A stretch of 64,000 bases of DNA from a virus (IMGVR_UViG_3300009082_000018:32001-96000), one strand, 5' to 3'; shown: positions 52,073 to 62,334, counted from the first letter of the stretch. The notes: generated by a model not told the origin, from the letters alone. Made by a program: numbers and translations.

Positions 52073-52431
52073 GGTGCCTCAACCTTCTCCACATCATTGA
52101 TGTCACAGCTGAACCAGTACCCACCGTGGCCTGTCCAAACCACAGTAGGATTCGTCACAGGCAGGATGCCAGCTGTGGAGCCGGGGAGCAGGTGATGGAT
52201 GCAGACCTTCCTACCACGTGGGTTGTCGTAGCTGGGCCCACGCTGTGGGTGTGTCGACTTGATGATCACTCCTTTTGGGATCAGAACGTAGTCTCCACGC
52301 TTGATCGGCAGTGAGTCCAAGCTATGGTAGCCCTCGTACTGGATGTTTCCGTCCCCTTCGCACAGACCACAGCCAGCGATTGGGAACTTGCTGGTGTCGC
52401 TTCCAGTTCCATTACACCGTGGGCACTTCAT
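52069..52431 (-). CDS. hypothetical protein with DnaJ-type zinc finger
   Basis: CPRCNGTG...CGLCEGDG. Confidence 0.6.
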   Translation of the reverse strand: MKCPRCNGTGSDTSKFPIAGCGLCEGDGNIQYEGYHSLDSLPIKRGDYVLIPKGVIIKSTHPQRGPSYDNPRGRKVCIHHLLPGSTAGILPVTNPTVVWTGHGGYWFSCDINDVEKVEAP

Positions 52432-52628
52432 CGCTTGATCCCCCTTGAGGTCTCGAAAGGCATTCCTTCCAGCATGGCTTCCAAGATCAGTGTTGAGTCA
52501 GCACCCTCTTGCTCCAACTTCAGAGCCTTGGGTGGCAGGATGTGGCACATGTGATTCACTGGCATGCCATCCGAGAGCCTGTGCCCTTGGTTGCAGTAGG
52601 AAGTGCAGTAGATCTGCTCATCGTCCAT
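52428..52628 (-). CDS. hypothetical protein
   Basis: ATGA overlap with the next gene. Confidence 0.5.
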   Translation of the reverse strand: MDDEQIYCTSYCNQGHRLSDGMPVNHMCHILPPKALKLEQEGADSTLILEAMLEGMPFETSRGIKR

Positions 52629-52631
52629 GGT

Positions 52632-52868
52632 TCACTTATTGTCGATCTCTGTTTTCCTCAGCTCCACGAACTTGCTACTGTCAGCCCCCTCTCCGGTGAT
52701 GACAAAGTCTTCTGTCATCTTCAGGAGTTGAAGGAAGAACTCGATTCCGTATTTGCAGCACAAGTAGCTGACGTCCATGGGCCCCGTGGCCAGGTCTTTG
52801 CGGACCCTGCGCAGCAGCGGCTCGAAGATGCTGACAACCTCACCAAGGGGCTTTTGGGGATCGCTCAT
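52632..52868 (-). CDS. hypothetical protein
   Basis: ORF on the coding strand. Confidence 0.5.
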   Translation of the reverse strand: MSDPQKPLGEVVSIFEPLLRRVRKDLATGPMDVSYLCCKYGIEFFLQLLKMTEDFVITGEGADSSKFVELRKTEIDNK

Positions 52869-53100
52869 AGGTCACTCTCACTTCTTCTAGATCGATTACT
52901 CCCTCGTCATCCACCTTCTGAATAGTCAACTGCACTCCCGCCGGTAGCACTACAGTAAGAATTGGGTCGCAGTGATTCTTTGTCTTCAACCACCCCGCGA
53001 TCGTATCTGTGAGCTTTTGGGCTGCTGTGACCATCTGCTCCATATAGATCTCGTCGTAGTCCTCTTTGGTGCATTGGAGCACAGCAAGGTAGCGAAACAT
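52840..53100 (-). CDS. hypothetical protein ending RSPKAPW
   Basis: Starts 1 nt after the AAA gene stop. Confidence 0.5.
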   Translation of the reverse strand: MFRYLAVLQCTKEDYDEIYMEQMVTAAQKLTDTIAGWLKTKNHCDPILTVVLPAGVQLTIQKVDDEGVIDLEEVRVTYERSPKAPW

Positions 53101-53101
53101 C

Positions 53102-54109
53102 CTATGTGTCCTCGAAAGCTCTCTGTACGATGCCTCGACAGACCTCTGCGTCCTCAGTGTTCATGCGGTTTAGGAAGCAGTACTTGGCTGCCGTGATTGG
53201 GTTTCCGATGAAGAGGTACTTCTCCACCCAGTTGATCAAGTCGCGAGTGGAGAGGGGAACGCTCAGTTGGTGATTGGCGAAGGCGTCGCGCACCTTGTTG
53301 ATGCACTTGACGAAGGCGGTAGCCTCGTGGTTCTTGAGCGGAGGAGTGTGCCTGGTGAACTTCTTCAGCAGCATCTTCTCCTCGTTTTCCGGCTTGAGCC
53401 AGTCCATCTTGATCGTGAGACCGAACCTGTTGAGCTGAGCGTAGTTCTGCACCCGGGTTCCGTGAGCGTAGAGCCCAGTGTCGTCGCCCTGCCCGCAGGT
53501 GTTGGCAGTGGCCACGATCACGTTGTCCGGGTGCAGATCGACGATCTCGATTTCTCCATCTTCGTCCGCTCCCTTCTCCAGGAGCATGAGCTTGCCATCT
53601 TCCCGCTGCAGCAGTCGCTGAATCACGAAGCTGGTGTCGGCGTTGATGGTGTCCCACTCGTCCAAGATGATGATCGTCCCGGGGGTTGTCATGGCCACTG
53701 GCAGGATTCCCCGCTGGTAGACCATGGTTCCCTTCTTGACCACCCACTCACCCACTAGGTCGTTGCGGGTGAGGCAGGCGTCGAAACTGATCTTGAAGAC
53801 GGAGTAGTTGAGCCTGGCAGCCACCTGCTCGACCAGCGACGTCTTGCCCGTGCCGGTGTGTCCAACCAGGAGGACCCGGTCTCGGTTGGTCATGCCGAGG
53901 AGGAGAACCCGGGTCTCGTCCTTGGAGAAGATGTAGCCCGGGTCGATGGGAGGCGTGTAGCGAGTCGAGTCGGAGAAGCCCTCGATTTCCACGTCGTCCT
54001 TCAGGTCGAGCCCGAAGGTCGCGTTACGGGAGAAGGCCTTCTTCTCTCGCGAGGCTGCCGGAGCCTTGCGTGGCCCCAACGGGGGCGGGGTTTTCTTGAT
54101 ATCGCTCAC
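53102..54109 (-). CDS. CobS/MoxR-family AAA+ ATPase
   Basis: GHTGTGKTS, DLVG, LDEWD, ATANT.G.GD, NRF, S.R. Confidence 0.9.
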   Translation of the reverse strand: MSDIKKTPPPLGPRKAPAASREKKAFSRNATFGLDLKDDVEIEGFSDSTRYTPPIDPGYIFSKDETRVLLLGMTNRDRVLLVGHTGTGKTSLVEQVAARLNYSVFKISFDACLTRNDLVGEWVVKKGTMVYQRGILPVAMTTPGTIIILDEWDTINADTSFVIQRLLQREDGKLMLLEKGADEDGEIEIVDLHPDNVIVATANTCGQGDDTGLYAHGTRVQNYAQLNRFGLTIKMDWLKPENEEKMLLKKFTRHTPPLKNHEATAFVKCINKVRDAFANHQLSVPLSTRDLINWVEKYLFIGNPITAAKYCFLNRMNTEDAEVCRGIVQRAFEDT

Positions 54110-54247
54110 ATTGATCTCCTATTCCATGAGAGCCAGCTGCACGACCCCGTTGTAGTCGATCTCTAATTTCCAGCCTATCGACTGTGCTCAGCATGGAATT
54201 CATGACTATCACATGTATCATAGGGATAGCAAGCATTTTATACGAGA

Positions 54248-54751
54248 TCACCAAATAGCCTTTGATTCTCTATCCTTAGCTAAGTCCATGAAAGAAGTAA
54301 CTTTTTCAGGGATGATCCCATTTTCTTCATCACCATGGGAGTTTACCCACAGGAATCGATCGTTTGTCACGATGGTATCGATGTTCATGTAGTTGAAATT
54401 CAAGTGATTTGCAGGTCGATCCCATTTCCCACCAAGGCCCATGATACGCTTTTTCCACGTTTCCATGGCCCTCTGAGAGTCCAAGCTGGAGTACTCTACA
54501 GCCTCAACATTCTGTAATCCAAGCTCTTTTATCAACTTTCGGATCGACGTACCTGGCCAAGATGCGCTCCGTTCCTTCACGATGTCATAAAAGATCACCA
54601 CCCTTTGGAACTGAGACGCTACCTGCTGCAGCAATCTGACGCTCCATTTGATCAACCCGGCGTCTTCAGGATGGTTCGAGGTCATGAATCGTCCGGTGTG
54701 GTGCCGGATCAAAAACAGATCAGCAGTCTTGACAATGAGAATCTCGCTCAT
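54248..54751 (-). CDS. hypothetical protein
   Basis: ATGA overlap with the primase stop. Confidence 0.55.
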   Translation of the reverse strand: MSEILIVKTADLFLIRHHTGRFMTSNHPEDAGLIKWSVRLLQQVASQFQRVVIFYDIVKERSASWPGTSIRKLIKELGLQNVEAVEYSSLDSQRAMETWKKRIMGLGGKWDRPANHLNFNYMNIDTIVTNDRFLWVNSHGDEENGIIPEKVTSFMDLAKDRESKAIW

Positions 54752-55905
54752 CGAGCTGCCCAACTGCAGAACTCCGGCGACTGCACGTCGATCGCTGCCT
54801 TGACCTCAGCCTCCATCAGCTCGGCTGAGTGCAATGGGCAATTAGGATCTAGTGTGTCGCCGAGGTCCAGATCGAGTCTGTCCCAGGCCTCGTGTTGGTA
54901 CGGAAAGACCTTGACGATGAACATGCCTGAGAGTTTCTCAGCCATCTTGATCATCTTACTTTTTGCGTCTCGGTCCCATGCCAATATGATCTCTTTTACT
55001 CGATTCCTTTGCAAGAGATCAATTTGGCTATCGCTGAGCTTCTTCCCGAAGCAGGCGAAGCCAAGGCGGCTCGTCATCTCCCGAATCGCATGCGCGTCGA
55101 TAATGCCCTCGGTGAGGACCACACGACCAAGGCCCATGGAGTTGGGATGGAAGAGGCCTCCCACCCAGCGTCCAAGAGGCCAAAAGAAATGAGCAAGATC
55201 TGTGTCTGGCCAGTTGACCCACTTGGGCCTCTCCCAAGCAGCGCCAGCATCTCGTGCTACAGCAGATCGACACGTTCCTTCTTGATCGTAGATTGGGAAG
55301 ATGATTCGCTTGACAAAGGTGTTCTGATACTTCTCTGGCAGGAAAGGGAGCTTGGAAACGCAGTACCTGACGTCGTAGAGGGCCTGCCGGTCATCTGGGA
55401 AGCCTCGCTTGCCAGCGTAGCGCTTGAAGCTCTGGGAAGCTCTGCCAGTGGCCTCAGAGAGCTTGTAGAACTGCCTGGGCATGTCGATGGTCCGAAGCTC
55501 AGGTACGACCTTTTCCTCCTCCCCAGTGCCCTCCTCTAGCTCGAACATCCTCTCCAGAGCCATATCCAGGTCTTCGCAGTCGGGAGTGATCTCGACAGAC
55601 TTGATGACCCTCTGAAGAGCTACCTGGAAAGAAATGTGTTCAGCATCGGCGATGAAGCGGGGCAAGAAAGCAGTACCACGCTGCACGTCTGGGTCGCCAT
55701 AGCCGCACTTGTAGCAAATCCAGGCCTTCTTGTGGATGTTGATCCAAAGATGTGCGTGAGTGTCTGAGCCGGCGCAGCCCTTGGGAGCGAAGCAGTTGAC
55801 TCGAAGTTCGCTGCTCCCTGATGGGATCACTCTGTCGAAGGTGCCGTGGACGTAGCTCTCGAGATCAAAATTCTGAAGTGCCCGCCTCAGTTTTTCGTCG
55901 ATCAT
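54748..55905 (-). CDS. DNA primase (Zn-binding plus TOPRIM)
   Basis: C...C...H...CYKC, RIIFPI, TEGIIDA, AWDRDA. Confidence 0.88.
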   Translation of the reverse strand: MIDEKLRRALQNFDLESYVHGTFDRVIPSGSSELRVNCFAPKGCAGSDTHAHLWINIHKKAWICYKCGYGDPDVQRGTAFLPRFIADAEHISFQVALQRVIKSVEITPDCEDLDMALERMFELEEGTGEEEKVVPELRTIDMPRQFYKLSEATGRASQSFKRYAGKRGFPDDRQALYDVRYCVSKLPFLPEKYQNTFVKRIIFPIYDQEGTCRSAVARDAGAAWERPKWVNWPDTDLAHFFWPLGRWVGGLFHPNSMGLGRVVLTEGIIDAHAIREMTSRLGFACFGKKLSDSQIDLLQRNRVKEIILAWDRDAKSKMIKMAEKLSGMFIVKVFPYQHEAWDRLDLDLGDTLDPNCPLHSAELMEAEVKAAIDVQSPEFCSWAAR

Positions 55906-56071
55906 GAATGTACTCCATCCGGAAACCGGGTTGACGCCTCAACCAGCGCTCCAATTGGATTGCGCGTTGACCCTTGAAGCGTCTGACAATAGGAGGAGTG
56001 CTCACAACTACACCATCCTGATCAACTTCCACTCCCACCGTCATTCTTGTTGTGCTGAACCAAACCCACAT
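55865..56071 (-). CDS. small hypothetical protein
   Basis: G.VV..PPI.R.F.GQ....L..W pattern. Confidence 0.5.
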   Translation of the reverse strand: MWVWFSTTRMTVGVEVDQDGVVVSTPPIVRRFKGQRAIQLERWLRRQPGFRMEYIHDRRKTEAGTSEF

Positions 56072-56075
56072 AGGA

Positions 56076-57509
56076 TTATGGTGGTCCTACTTGTACCCGT
56101 GGCGGGCGACTGATCGTAGTCTTCTTCAAAGGTGGTGGCTTCTTTTGGATCGTCGGTACGGTGATGATCTTCTCGCCGCTCTTGTTGAATTCCACCGTCG
56201 GGTCGTAGAAGCACATGCGCTCGAGGTCTGTCTGAATCTGGACCATGACGCCCCTGGGACCGTTGCGGTTCTTGGCCAGCAGAAGCCTCATGATGCCTTC
56301 CTTGGCCTCTTTCGGAGTCTGGTTGATGGTGACCAGGAGGTCGGTGTGCATGGCCTTGCCGATGTCCTCCGACGTGTCCTCCTCGTCGTGGGTTTCCTTG
56401 GCATAGGCGGCCCGGCGGCTCTGGGTGGCTGAGATGAGAGGCACATCGAACTCACCAGCCAAGTTACGCAGGCCCAGCGTGATCTCTGTGAGCTGCTCTC
56501 GCTTCTCCAAGCGCAGGTCGTGGCTCTTCACCAGGTCCAGATAGTCGACCAGGATGAGGTCTGGTATGAATCCAGATCCAATGCACTTCTCTATGTGGGC
56601 CCGGATGGTGTGGATAGTGGGCGCATGCATCGGGTAGTACTTGATGATCAAGCTATTGCCAAAGACCTTGCCCATGTCGCCCAGTGCAGTAGCTAGTTCC
56701 GCTTCCTGGTCCACTAGGTCTTTGACCTTGATCCTGGAGAACGAGGCATCGTAGCGCTCAGCTACCTCGTCCTCGCTCAACTCCATGGTGTAGTGCAGTA
56801 CCTTCTTCTTGAAGATCACCGCTCGCTTGCCGCAGTGGACCAGAGCGATAGACTTGCCTCGAGATGTAGGGGCCATCCACAGAAAAAGCTGCCGGGCCTT
56901 GACGCCTCCACCCATTAACTCGTCCAGCTCGGTGATACCCGTGGGCATGATCTTCATCTGCTGCCGGATGATTCGATTGGCAATGCGCTCGGCGTAGCTG
57001 ATGAAGTACTGGCTGCCGATGTCGTTAACTGAGGTCCCGACCCGAAGTGCCTTCGAAAGCAGACTTTCGATCTCGTCGAAGGCTGTATCGTCTGTAGCAG
57101 TCCTGGTGAGCAGGGGTGGAACCTCGAGGATGGCCTTCTTGATCGCCTGGTGGCGGCAGAAGGTGGAGATCTCCTCTATGATGTAGACTTTGTTGTCGAC
57201 AGGTTCCTTGATCTTCTTGTAGACCTCAAGGAACGAGTGAACCTCAGCGGACTTGATCCTGTTGTTGGTTGAGTCCTTCTTCAACTCGTTACGAAGAGCG
57301 ATGTCGTCCATCCTCATCTGATAGTTTCGATAGTAGGAACGAAAAGTCTCGAAGTACCAGGCGAGAATGCCGTCGGCAAAGTAGGCCGACTCGACGATGT
57401 CTTGAGCGAGGAGAAGGAACTCGAAGTCCTTCATCATCAGAGCCAGGACTTTGATTTGGAAGTCCCGGCTGAACGAGAATTTGGAAGTTGCCACTGAGGA
57501 TCCTTTCAA
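56076..57509 (-). CDS. DnaB-like (T4 gp41-type) replicative helicase
   Basis: PTG..ELD..GG, APTSRGKS, TME, VDYLD, ATQ.RR, AKNRNG. Confidence 0.92.
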   Translation of the reverse strand: MKGSSVATSKFSFSRDFQIKVLALMMKDFEFLLLAQDIVESAYFADGILAWYFETFRSYYRNYQMRMDDIALRNELKKDSTNNRIKSAEVHSFLEVYKKIKEPVDNKVYIIEEISTFCRHQAIKKAILEVPPLLTRTATDDTAFDEIESLLSKALRVGTSVNDIGSQYFISYAERIANRIIRQQMKIMPTGITELDELMGGGVKARQLFLWMAPTSRGKSIALVHCGKRAVIFKKKVLHYTMELSEDEVAERYDASFSRIKVKDLVDQEAELATALGDMGKVFGNSLIIKYYPMHAPTIHTIRAHIEKCIGSGFIPDLILVDYLDLVKSHDLRLEKREQLTEITLGLRNLAGEFDVPLISATQSRRAAYAKETHDEEDTSEDIGKAMHTDLLVTINQTPKEAKEGIMRLLLAKNRNGPRGVMVQIQTDLERMCFYDPTVEFNKSGEKIITVPTIQKKPPPLKKTTISRPPRVQVGPP

Positions 57510-57546
57510 GACTCCGCATGGCGTGGGAACAAAACATCGGTCCCGA

Positions 57547-58080
57547 TCACACTTCAGAGCGACGGAGTATGAACATCTGCTTCAACTGCTGATACAGCAC
57601 GTCGACCTTCGTTGGCTTGAGGTTTTTGATCTTGTATCCCCACTTCATATGCTTCCACCAAGAGTGGTGCTTGTCGTCACATGTTCGATCGTGGTAGGCC
57701 CGCCACATCTCAGCCAGCCGGCTCCACTCTTGCAGGTTCGTTAGAGGACGATACAGCTCTTTCTCGCGTCCTAGGAATTTGGCTGATCCATTGGCAGACA
57801 CATGCACTTGGCCCAATCCATAGTCGTTGGTTGAAGAGCGAAGATTAGATTTCCACTGACTCTCGTGTGTGATGAATGCCACCAGCAGTAGAGGATCAAT
57901 TCTTCTACGAGATGTCACCTTGTGGACAATCTTCGCGTAGTGTCGCACCAGTCTGCGCGACAACTGTGGAGCGACTTTTTGGATTGCCACTTTCACTTCT
58001 TGCACTGTGTAGTACTTTTCAATCGTCGAATGTTCTAGTTCTGGAAACAGGAAGAATAGTGCCAGAAAGATCGTCTGCAT
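57547..58080 (-). CDS. lytic transglycosylase (SLT domain)
   Basis: IDP.LL.A.I..ES, GLGQV, N-terminal hydrophobic segment. Confidence 0.8.
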   Translation of the reverse strand: MQTIFLALFFLFPELEHSTIEKYYTVQEVKVAIQKVAPQLSRRLVRHYAKIVHKVTSRRRIDPLLLVAFITHESQWKSNLRSSTNDYGLGQVHVSANGSAKFLGREKELYRPLTNLQEWSRLAEMWRAYHDRTCDDKHHSWWKHMKWGYKIKNLKPTKVDVLYQQLKQMFILRRSEV

Positions 58081-58198
58081 GGGGCCTCCTCAGGACGTAC
58101 TTCACCTCTCGATGACGCCGTCTCTGGAAACCCACATGACTCGTCCAGCGGCCGACGAACACACCGACGATGAAGCAAAGAAAAAAGTACAGCATGAT

Positions 58199-59088
58199 CA
58201 GATTCGTCCCAATCGCTTTAACTCGTTGAACACCGAGTTATGAATCAACCAGCGGGTATCGAAGATCCCGACTGGCGCGAATCTTTCGATGCACTGTCTC
58301 TCGTCCAGGCCCCAGTCTAGCATCAATCGTTCTAGCCTAGTTTTGTTGATCCTGTCAAGTTCCTGATCTGTGATCTTCGCATTGAAAATCACGCGTGACT
58401 CAACAGAAGCTGAAATCTCACCTGAATCTACTCGCTTCCTGTACTCCTTGTAGCGTTCTTTTGCTGGAAATGCACCAGTCCTTCCTCGCAATTCGTAAGG
58501 CTTCGCTGCTCGTCTCTGCGTGCGATGAATCCAGAAGAATTGGGCCCGGCAGAAATCTTCATAGGGAGCTTTGATCTCGTCGGCGATCTTGGATGCCTCC
58601 AGGAGAGCCTTGTAGACTCTTGATTCTGGATCAAGCTCACTGTGCCGGTTCACCCAGCGAAGCGTTGGCTTGAGGCGGTACTCTCCAAGAACGGCCTCGT
58701 AGGCCAAGGCCATCATGAATGCTGGATCAATCTTCCCCCTTCCTGCGGCGTACCTTCGATCCTGAGATGGTGGCGATTTTTCCGCCACTGTGCAATATGA
58801 GATCGCTTCCGCTGGATTGGATGGGGTAGTTGATAGCCTCTCGGAACGATCGGTGGAGTGCTGACGGGAGGAAGAGCTGCGTTGGTTGTCCGAAGCTGCT
58901 CGCGAGCGCGGCGGCGGCATCTTCGAAATCTTGGGGCTTGAGGGGCTGTCCCCCGAAGATGTTCCCACTTCCTCCGAAGAAGACTGGCTTTCGAGACCCG
59001 AAGAGGGGGATGTCGACGACGGTCCAAGCGCTCTTTGACGGGCTCTCAAGACGCGTTCCTGCATCTTGGTTAGCTTCACCCTGGCCAT
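58199..59088 (-). CDS. hypothetical protein with Ser-rich disordered N-terminus
   Basis: 296-aa ORF upstream of SLT and helicase. Confidence 0.6.
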
Positions 59089-59181
59089 CGTCTTCCATCC
59101 TCCACGGGGCTTCTGGGCGCCTCACACGCATGCTCTGCCTCAGCTTCTCCAACTGCCGGCGAAGTTCTAGGTTGACCTCAC

Positions 59182-60126
59182 TCACTCAATCTTCCATGGC
59201 GCATCAGGACGCTCGATACGGCGGGCCTTCCTGGCCTTCTCTTCCTCCTCAGCAGCTTTCATCATTGCGTCTACAGCAGCGATGTGCATTGAAGGATCAT
59301 CTTGCGGCCATTGGCCAAGATACTCACGACGGAAGTGATCTGTGTTTCCTGTGTGGCCAACGGAAAGTACAATGCCATCGATGATCTTTTTGATCTCAGA
59401 TTCTGAATCGGTGATGGCCCAATTGGGCATGTGGTTCTTGGCAAAATTGACGATCTCAAACATGCTGCTATGGATCTCCTGAGCAGTCTGTGCATTGTTA
59501 CGGCTACCGATGAATTTGTCCGCTTCAGAGATCATCTTCTCAGCAATGGCCTGCAGAGCTTTTTGCTTTCCGCCACGATGCCAGTCTCGAAGACTGGCCT
59601 CGATGACCTCTATGAACTGCTGGTGACTAGGTCTGTTCAATGAATTCGGATCAATATTGGTCAACGTTGTGCGGAATGCCAAACTCGATGATGGAAGCTG
59701 CTGTGTCTCCGTAAAGAACGAAGATGGTGCAGTGTTGTCGATGTCAATCGTCTGCTCCAAAACCCAGGTGCAATAGGCCGAATCGGCCGACCGCACTAGC
59801 AGCCCCATCGGCAAATGGACCTGCCCAGACTGAGGCACCAGCAGTTCTATCTCCGGCGAGATGCTTTGCTGGCTGTGCCTGACCTGGACTACCTCCAAAG
59901 TGGCCACAATCCCTCTGCTGTCGCAGAAGTCAAGATGATCTCCTGGGCGAAGGTCTTGGTTTCGGATGGCGTGATGACCTTTGATCCAAAATGTTTGCAT
60001 GGGTGTCGGTATCCTCATTGAATTGATGATCGACTGCTTGAGATGCTCCTGCCATTTTGCCCAATGTGAATCAAGATCAGAGTTGCTGATCTTAATTGAC
60101 TTGATCTCAAATTCAGCGGACCCCAT
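59182..60126 (-). CDS. hypothetical protein ending RPDAPWKIE
   Basis: GGAG upstream of ATG 60126; contains FRREYLGQW. Confidence 0.6.
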   Translation of the reverse strand: MGSAEFEIKSIKISNSDLDSHWAKWQEHLKQSIINSMRIPTPMQTFWIKGHHAIRNQDLRPGDHLDFCDSRGIVATLEVVQVRHSQQSISPEIELLVPQSGQVHLPMGLLVRSADSAYCTWVLEQTIDIDNTAPSSFFTETQQLPSSSLAFRTTLTNIDPNSLNRPSHQQFIEVIEASLRDWHRGGKQKALQAIAEKMISEADKFIGSRNNAQTAQEIHSSMFEIVNFAKNHMPNWAITDSESEIKKIIDGIVLSVGHTGNTDHFRREYLGQWPQDDPSMHIAAVDAMMKAAEEEEKARKARRIERPDAPWKIE

Positions 60127-60169
60127 ACTCCGTACTCCGTAGCTATAGATCGCGCGCACGCGCGCGTTT

Positions 60170-60850
60170 TTATTTATTACTATCTCTTCTTTCTTCTTTA
60201 CTTTGATCTTCTTTTAAGATTGATCTTAATGGATAGAACTCTTCCCCCTTCGGGGGAAGAGATTCTACTGATCCCCTGGAAGGGAAGCCGGCAACAGGTG
60301 AACAATTGAGATTCTTTGAGAATTGTCCACGTAGATCCTTATTTCTTCTGACAATCTCAGCCGCGACCGATTTCGTTGGAGGAGGGCTCTTTTTGATGGG
60401 CGCGGGAGAAGATTCAGGATCCACGCCCTCGCCGGCTGCAATCTTAAGCTCTTTCGCCAGCTTCTGGATCTCGTCGTCCTCAACCACGTCAGTGGAGACG
60501 GACTTCTGGGACGGACTCTCCTGACGTACGTCTACTAGGTCCGTCTCTAGAGACGGACTTCCGTGACGTGGTTCCGGCCAGGAAGGCTGCCTCTGGAACT
60601 TGAGGGAGGAGGAAGCAGACCAGCGAGCCTGCCGGTTCGAGTGGTCAGAGGTGACGAGCTTGTGGGTCCACTCGAGGTCGGCGAGCCAGCGCTCGATTGT
60701 GCGGTACCCGAGTCCGGTCATGCCGGCTAGCTCGGTTTTGGTAAGGGAACGATCGTGCCAGAGGAGGAGCAGAAGGAGAAGCTTGGGTCCAGGTTTGATG
60801 CTTGTGTCAGCGATTGGGTTTCCAAGTTGATCCATTTTTCGCCACAGCAC
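60170..60850 (-). CDS. HTH DNA-binding protein, possible replication initiator
   Basis: KLLLL.L......T..ELA..TGL..RTI.R.L..L winged HTH plus disordered tail. Confidence 0.6.
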   Translation of the reverse strand: MLWRKMDQLGNPIADTSIKPGPKLLLLLLLWHDRSLTKTELAGMTGLGYRTIERWLADLEWTHKLVTSDHSNRQARWSASSSLKFQRQPSWPEPRHGSPSLETDLVDVRQESPSQKSVSTDVVEDDEIQKLAKELKIAAGEGVDPESSPAPIKKSPPPTKSVAAEIVRRNKDLRGQFSKNLNCSPVAGFPSRGSVESLPPKGEEFYPLRSILKEDQSKEERRDSNK

Positions 60851-61074
60851 ACGCGCAAAGACCCCCGCCCCCTGGTCTCATAAGAACCAGGATCACACTG
60901 GACTCCAAGGAAGACCAAAGGGCTGGTTACCAGGGTTTGGGGGATATGGTGTGTCTGTGCCTCCTTGGGTACAGTTGTTGGTTCTTATGAGGCCTCCAGC
61001 GTCTCATGGGCATGTAGGCCTCGTCAATACCTATTGCACAACATACTACTAGTATTGATCTTTTTCCTTCTGTC

Positions 61075-61103
61075 TTGACACCTCTTCCGTGACCACTTAC
61101 GGT
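61075..61103 (+). promoter_or_regulatory. sigma70-type promoter
   Basis: TTGACA-N17-TACGGT upstream of the lone plus-strand gene. Confidence 0.55.
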
Positions 61104-61130
61104 AACGTGGTACACCTGAGAGATACAATC

Positions 61131-61772
61131 ATGGGTAGACCTCGGAAGATTAAGAAGAAACCGCCACCCGTTCCACCAGGGCAGCTGATGCAGCGCCCTC
61201 GCAAGGGATCTCTTGACGAGATTACCGATAGGCGTCAGCAGGTTATACGACTGCGGCTCCGAGGCATGGGGTATCGTGCCATTGCCAAGGAGTTGGGTGT
61301 CGGGCACATGACTGTCAAGCGGGACCTCGAGGCCATCTCCGAGGAGACCCGTACCAAGATGGGCAAGCTCGAGAAGGACTACGTGCTGGCTCAGTCCCTG
61401 TCGGTGTACGAGGAGATTGAGACACAGGCCTGGGACCAGTTTTCCAAGAGCGCTCCTGGCTCCACCCAGCGGGCCAACTTCCTGCAGGTGGTACGGGCGG
61501 CGCGCAATGACCAGGCCAAGTTGTTGATGGACATCGGCCTCATCTCCAAGACACCCCAGGAAGTGCGGCACGTCGTGACCTCGAAGGTGATCGAAGGCTG
61601 GACGCCGGCAGCTCAAGACCTTGTGGCACTGGCGATCATCAAGGCCGGGCTCACGCCGGCCATGGAGCCTATTCCCGATACCAATCAGCTTCCTGCTTCC
61701 TTCCCATCGGTGATCGATGCTCCACCAGACAGCGATGAGGACGAAGAAGAGCAAGAGGCCCCCGCTACGTGA
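61131..61772 (+). CDS. HTH protein, possible terminase small subunit
   Basis: RR.QV..LR..G..YR.IA..LGV...TV.RD followed by helical R....AKL..G segment. Confidence 0.6.
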   Translation: MGRPRKIKKKPPPVPPGQLMQRPRKGSLDEITDRRQQVIRLRLRGMGYRAIAKELGVGHMTVKRDLEAISEETRTKMGKLEKDYVLAQSLSVYEEIETQAWDQFSKSAPGSTQRANFLQVVRAARNDQAKLLMDIGLISKTPQEVRHVVTSKVIEGWTPAAQDLVALAIIKAGLTPAMEPIPDTNQLPASFPSVIDAPPDSDEDEEEQEAPAT

Positions 61773-62058
61773 TGTCCTTCCAAGGTGCATTGGGACGGCT
61801 GATTGGTTCTGCTTTGAAGAACTCACTCCTGGTGCTGGCTAGCTTCACTAAGATCTTTATTCCAGCAGGAACGTGATCGTAGAGAGAGCAGACCAGGTCT
61901 TCTCTTTCTCGTTCACTGATCCCAGACACAACGATGGTTAGTAGTCCTCGGTCCTCATCGATTTTGTGGATCCAAATATCTGGATATTGATCTAGAATTA
62001 ACTGATTGATGCCATAAATGGAGTAAGCGGTCGGGAGTTTGGGCTTGCTGCCTGGCAT
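61765..62058 (-). CDS. hypothetical protein ending RPNAPWKDIT
   Basis: AGGA SD; one of three tandem genes sharing a C-terminal motif. Confidence 0.55.
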   Translation of the reverse strand: MPGSKPKLPTAYSIYGINQLILDQYPDIWIHKIDEDRGLLTIVVSGISEREREDLVCSLYDHVPAGIKILVKLASTRSEFFKAEPISRPNAPWKDIT

Positions 62059-62067
62059 TGGTTGATC

Positions 62068-62334
62068 CTAGTCAATAATCCATGGAGCTGCCCGCCTTAT
62101 CATTGGTTCGAAGAAGCTGACTGAGCCGATCTGAAAAGGCATATTGTTCTCGAGGCAGTGCAATACCCACGCTAGGTCTTCTTCTCCTACGAAAACAAGA
62201 TCTACTAGACCATTGACGTTGAAGTTGATCGTTTTTAGTTTGATCTTGGGCAGGTATCGTCTGGTGTAGAACTTGACGGCTGTTTTGCAGTAGGCAAGGA
62301 ACTGGCGGTGTCCCAACACTGGGTGATTTGGCAT
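62068..62334 (-). CDS. hypothetical protein ending RRAAPWIID
   Basis: TGATG coupling. Confidence 0.55.
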   Translation of the reverse strand: MPNHPVLGHRQFLAYCKTAVKFYTRRYLPKIKLKTINFNVNGLVDLVFVGEEDLAWVLHCLENNMPFQIGSVSFFEPMIRRAAPWIID

